DNA of 64,000 nucleotides from Vicugna vicugna (taxonomy: Eukaryota), in contig MU062119.1 of assembly GCA_013265495.1 (NCBI GenBank), positions 3,756,388 through 3,820,387 of the forward strand, written 5' to 3'. Of the stretch, positions 60,640 to 64,000 are shown piece after piece. The translations under genes and the position numbers were made by a program. The notes under the pieces are model-generated. The model saw only the letters and a program-made list of their open reading frames with translations, was not told the DNA's origin and ran no database searches. Within the stretch, counting starts at the first letter, position 1; each line of letters opens with the position of its first letter.

Positions 60640-61300
60640 TTTCTCCTAAAAGAGTCAGAAAGGCATCAAGGGCGCTCAGCAGAAGCCCCACCAGGAGCGT
60701 GCTCGCCAGAAGGGAGCGCGCGGCTTCCCCCGCGCGCGTGGGCCCCCTCGCTGCTGCTCTGCTGCAGATTCTAAAGGAGCTGCCAGTGCGGAAAAGCCCG
60801 TACTTCCTCTTTTATTCCCTGCGTGTAGTTTTTGCTTTCGGTGATAACTATTAAAGGGAAAATTAAATTCACAAAAACCATCATTCTAAAAGCAAACTTT
60901 TGATCCGCAAAGTCATTCCGAAACTTACTTTTTTGTGAATGTCACTCATGAAGTATCTCCTCTCTTTGTCTATTTATGCATATTCAGTGTCCAGAACCAT
61001 CTTAGCTGGGGACCGCTTTTTTGCAGATCGCACCCGCCGAGATTCACGGTATTGGGTTTACTGTGATGGTGACATAGCATAGCATTGTGCAAAACGAGTG
61101 AGGAGAATTCACGAGTAACCCAGACTTAGCGGCCAGTTTTAATAGGTTGGTGAATACATCCTCGGGCGAGCATGTAACATCCCCGCTTTGGCGGCGACAG
61201 AAACAGGTTCACCAAATAACAGTATAACAGCGGACCGTAAACAACACACAGCTTGCCTTTTCCACATCATTTAAAAAGGGTGGCAAGTGTGGGAGGCACT
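60640..61300. promoter_or_regulatory. CpG-retaining, repeat-free block; candidate conserved enhancer
   Basis: CpG cluster 60670-60830 followed by AT-rich but CpG-retaining sequence with ATGCATATTCA, ATTGTGCAA and GTAAACA (61237-61243) motifs. Confidence 0.45.
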
Positions 61301-62218
61301 AATTGACCACAAAGAGCACTTTCACTGCCCCACAAAACAGCGACCATTTCAAACGACCCCCGGGTGAGCTGTGGGGGCCATCCCCCCATGAGGACAGCCG
61401 CCCCAGCACCTGGGGGCTGACGCACGGCCCCACGCCACACACCTCCACTCCAGAGCGGCCCGCTGGGAAGAAAAGCGCTACCCAGAGGCCACCACTCGGG
61501 AGACAAGGGAGGGCCCCGCCGGACACCCAGATTCCCATCCCGCCAGATGAACAGCCAGCTGGCTAGTTGCTCTGCGAGGCGGCCTCCCTCCACGCCGGGT
61601 GGGACCAGCACAGTCGATGGAGAGGGGGCGATTCCGTGGGCTGCGGCGGCAGGGCTGAAAGCATTCCACAGCAGGGAAAATCTTGCGTCTGGCTCGGTTC
61701 TGATGTCTTTCGCTTGGATTTCTGGTGTAATAGATGCAAACTGAAGTATTTCTCCATTGTGTCAAGAAATGCTGAGAGCGGCGTGCATGTCCTGCTCCGT
61801 TATCTCAGGAGTCCTCCCTCTGGCCCAGAAGTGGAGGCAGCCGTGCCGGGGGCTCTGTGGCAGGGGTGGCCCACGGCCTAAGCCCGGCCCGGCCCAGACC
61901 CAGCACAGGCCAAGCCCTGCCGGGATGTGCCCCTGCCGGCTGGCTCTCCGACGGGGCTACGACCCCCACACCCCACTGCCTGCCGCATACAGGTGGGAGG
62001 GTACAGCCCGTGTTACACCCTGGTCCTGGCACCATTACTCGTGACACCCTCTCGCTCTCAAGTGTCCCGACTGAGATGGTCAGTTAAACAGTCACCCTAC
62101 CTGTGCATAAATGTGTGAATAGACGCTCCTCACTGACGTGCGGTGAGCAGTGTTTTGGGTGGCTGTATCCATGGGTGTGTTTGTTTATGATCTTAGGCAA
62201 ATAAACCCTGGGACCCCT

Positions 62219-62246
62219 ACACACACACACACACACATACATACAC
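62219..62246 (+). repeat. (CA)n microsatellite
   Basis: ACACACACACACACACACATACATACAC. Confidence 0.95.
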
Positions 62247-62365
62247 TCCATCAAGTTAGAGCCAGTTGAATTGCATCCTGAGGGTGCCTGTGTCCTCACT
62301 AGGAATTGCACTGCCTGCATTCTGGGGTTGATTAGAACTTCCTGCGCATGGATCTCTGGGTAAGA

Positions 62366-62384
62366 GTGTGTGTGTGTGTGTGTG
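62366..62384 (+). repeat. (GT)n microsatellite
   Basis: GTGTGTGTGTGTGTGTGTG. Confidence 0.95.
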
Positions 62385-64000
62385 GCTGAAGAGCCTTGGG
62401 AGAAGTGAGCTGGCACAGCAGGGTGACACAGACAAACACAGAGAGCAGAGAAGAAAAGAGGGACAAAGAATCAATGACAGAGAAACCCGCACCTTGGAGA
62501 GTTTTCGGACAGTGAGAGTGCTTCGTTAGCAGCAAAGAGGGGGAGAAAAGTGTCTCTCCGTAGATTTCAGAGTGAGGCTTCTGACAACTGCCACTTAGAA
62601 TCGGCCCAAATGTCCCAAACGTCCCAAACAAGGGTGCAGAGGGAAGGCAGGAAGCACCTTGAGTAAGTGAGAGCCGCACAGGGCAGCCAGGAGGGAGAGG
62701 AATGGTTTACTGCATCCTGAAGTGTGGGCTCAGGGTCTGGTCTGGGGGAGGGGCTGGGTGGCAGAGAGCCTAGGGTTCGATTTAGAGACGTTCTTTCCTA
62801 TCAGCTGGTGGGGCCAGAGGTGTGTGGGTGGAGACAGCTCAGTGTCTAGGGGCTGGCCCGCACGGAGGGGCCCTCAGCTGGCAGTCTCTGAGGGACTGCA
62901 GCCAGGTACATCCTCAGGCAGCTCGGCCCGCTGTGTCCCCCAGCCCCACCTCCCTCCAGATGTGGGTGGCCTTGGGGGAGGAGGGGTCTGCACACCAGGA
63001 TTCCCAGGCCACCCAAGGAGAGAGTTGTGCCTAAAGCCATCTTCTGTTCTTAATGGACACGTGTGGGTAGGGATCACGTGGCAGGTCGGGGTCCGCTCAG
63101 ATTCCCGGTGCAGGGCGGGCACCCGCCATCACAACCCCGACCAAGCTCCTATTCCCCGGCGGGGGCGGCAGCTAACAGGTAGCCGTAGGCAGCGATGGGA
63201 CTCAGCCAGCGGTGCCGTTGGCCCTGGGAACTCAGTCCTTACAGACAGAGGATAGAGGCACGCAGTGAAAACCCCGCGCTGCCTTAGAGCTGCCAGCGGC
63301 CCCACCCAGGGCTCATCAAAACCCGGTAGTCCCAGCAGGCGGGCCTGGTTCTACAGCCCCTCCCACCCAGAATTCCCGCCCCAGATGCTGTGCCCAAAGC
63401 CAGCACATGGTGGCCCCTCAAGACCCCCACCCAGCACCCCCAGTGTGAGAACCGAGGCTCATAGGCCACCCGTCATCCTGGCCCCGGGCGGCAGCGGCAG
63501 CCTGCGTCCAGCCTCTGGCTTTGTGTGTCATGGGCCAGGGAATGAGAGGGACTCAGAAAAAGGCCTTAAACGATGGAGAAAACAAAAGAGCAGGCCAGTT
63601 GTACTTACATTTTAAAATAAGTGTTCCACCCTCACCCACCAGCGTGGCTAAAGTTAACTACTGGAAGGAAGTGAGCAGCTGCTCATAGGAGGACAAACTC
63701 CCGCATCTTCAGTGCCTGACATAGCACCTGCTGGATGACCCCGCAGGCCTGCTTCGAGGTGCACACACAGCAGGAAGGCCGAGCAGGCGTGCAGACAAGC
63801 CCTGTCCCTGCAGCCCCAGACTGGAAACGGCCAGTGGGCCCTCAGCAGGGGCACGGATAGATGATCATCGGGAGGTGCGTGCAGCGTTTTGCCCTGCCCT
63901 GGAGACGGGCCGGTGCAGGGCAGTGCATCGGTCTCATCTTGCTGGGTCAAGAGCTGCTCTGCAGCGTGTGCACCATGTCAGTCTGTCCGCATCGGGCTCC

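Noticed and set aside
1-64000. Guess that the window lies next to IRF8 or FOXF1 (human 16q24.1 orthologue) from motif content
   Set aside because: No exon of either gene is present and motif content cannot identify a locus; needs a synteny search.

Overview
GC-rich mammalian genomic DNA, most likely a camelid (camel/alpaca/llama). The basis is three copies of a short tRNA-derived SINE of the camelid vic-1 type and no recognisable Alu, Bov-A/BovB, PRE-1 or CanSINE. I could not recognise any protein-coding exon, structural RNA gene, processed pseudogene or CRISPR array; the ORF track looks like chance ORFs in GC-rich sequence. The window is an intergenic or very long intronic segment. It contains ancient eutherian repeats (MLT1 MaLR LTRs, MIR, L2, L1M fragments, MER53, MER5A), younger L1 3' ends, microsatellites and two assembly gaps (29928-30070, 35977-36121). 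The non-repeat part looks regulatory: an orphan CpG island with NRF1/E2F motifs (~30.85-31.23 kb), a second CpG-rich promoter/enhancer-like zone (~59.9-61.3 kb) with overlapping strong minus-strand splice donors, several AT-rich blocks resembling conserved non-coding elements, and compact motif clusters (triple AP-1 + ARE + DR1 at 3.9 kb; ETS/IRF composites). I found no clearly novel biological system. The best leads are putative unannotated promoters, non-coding exons and enhancers. Repeat family names come from visual recall of consensus sequences, boundaries are approximate, and the locus could not be assigned without a database search.
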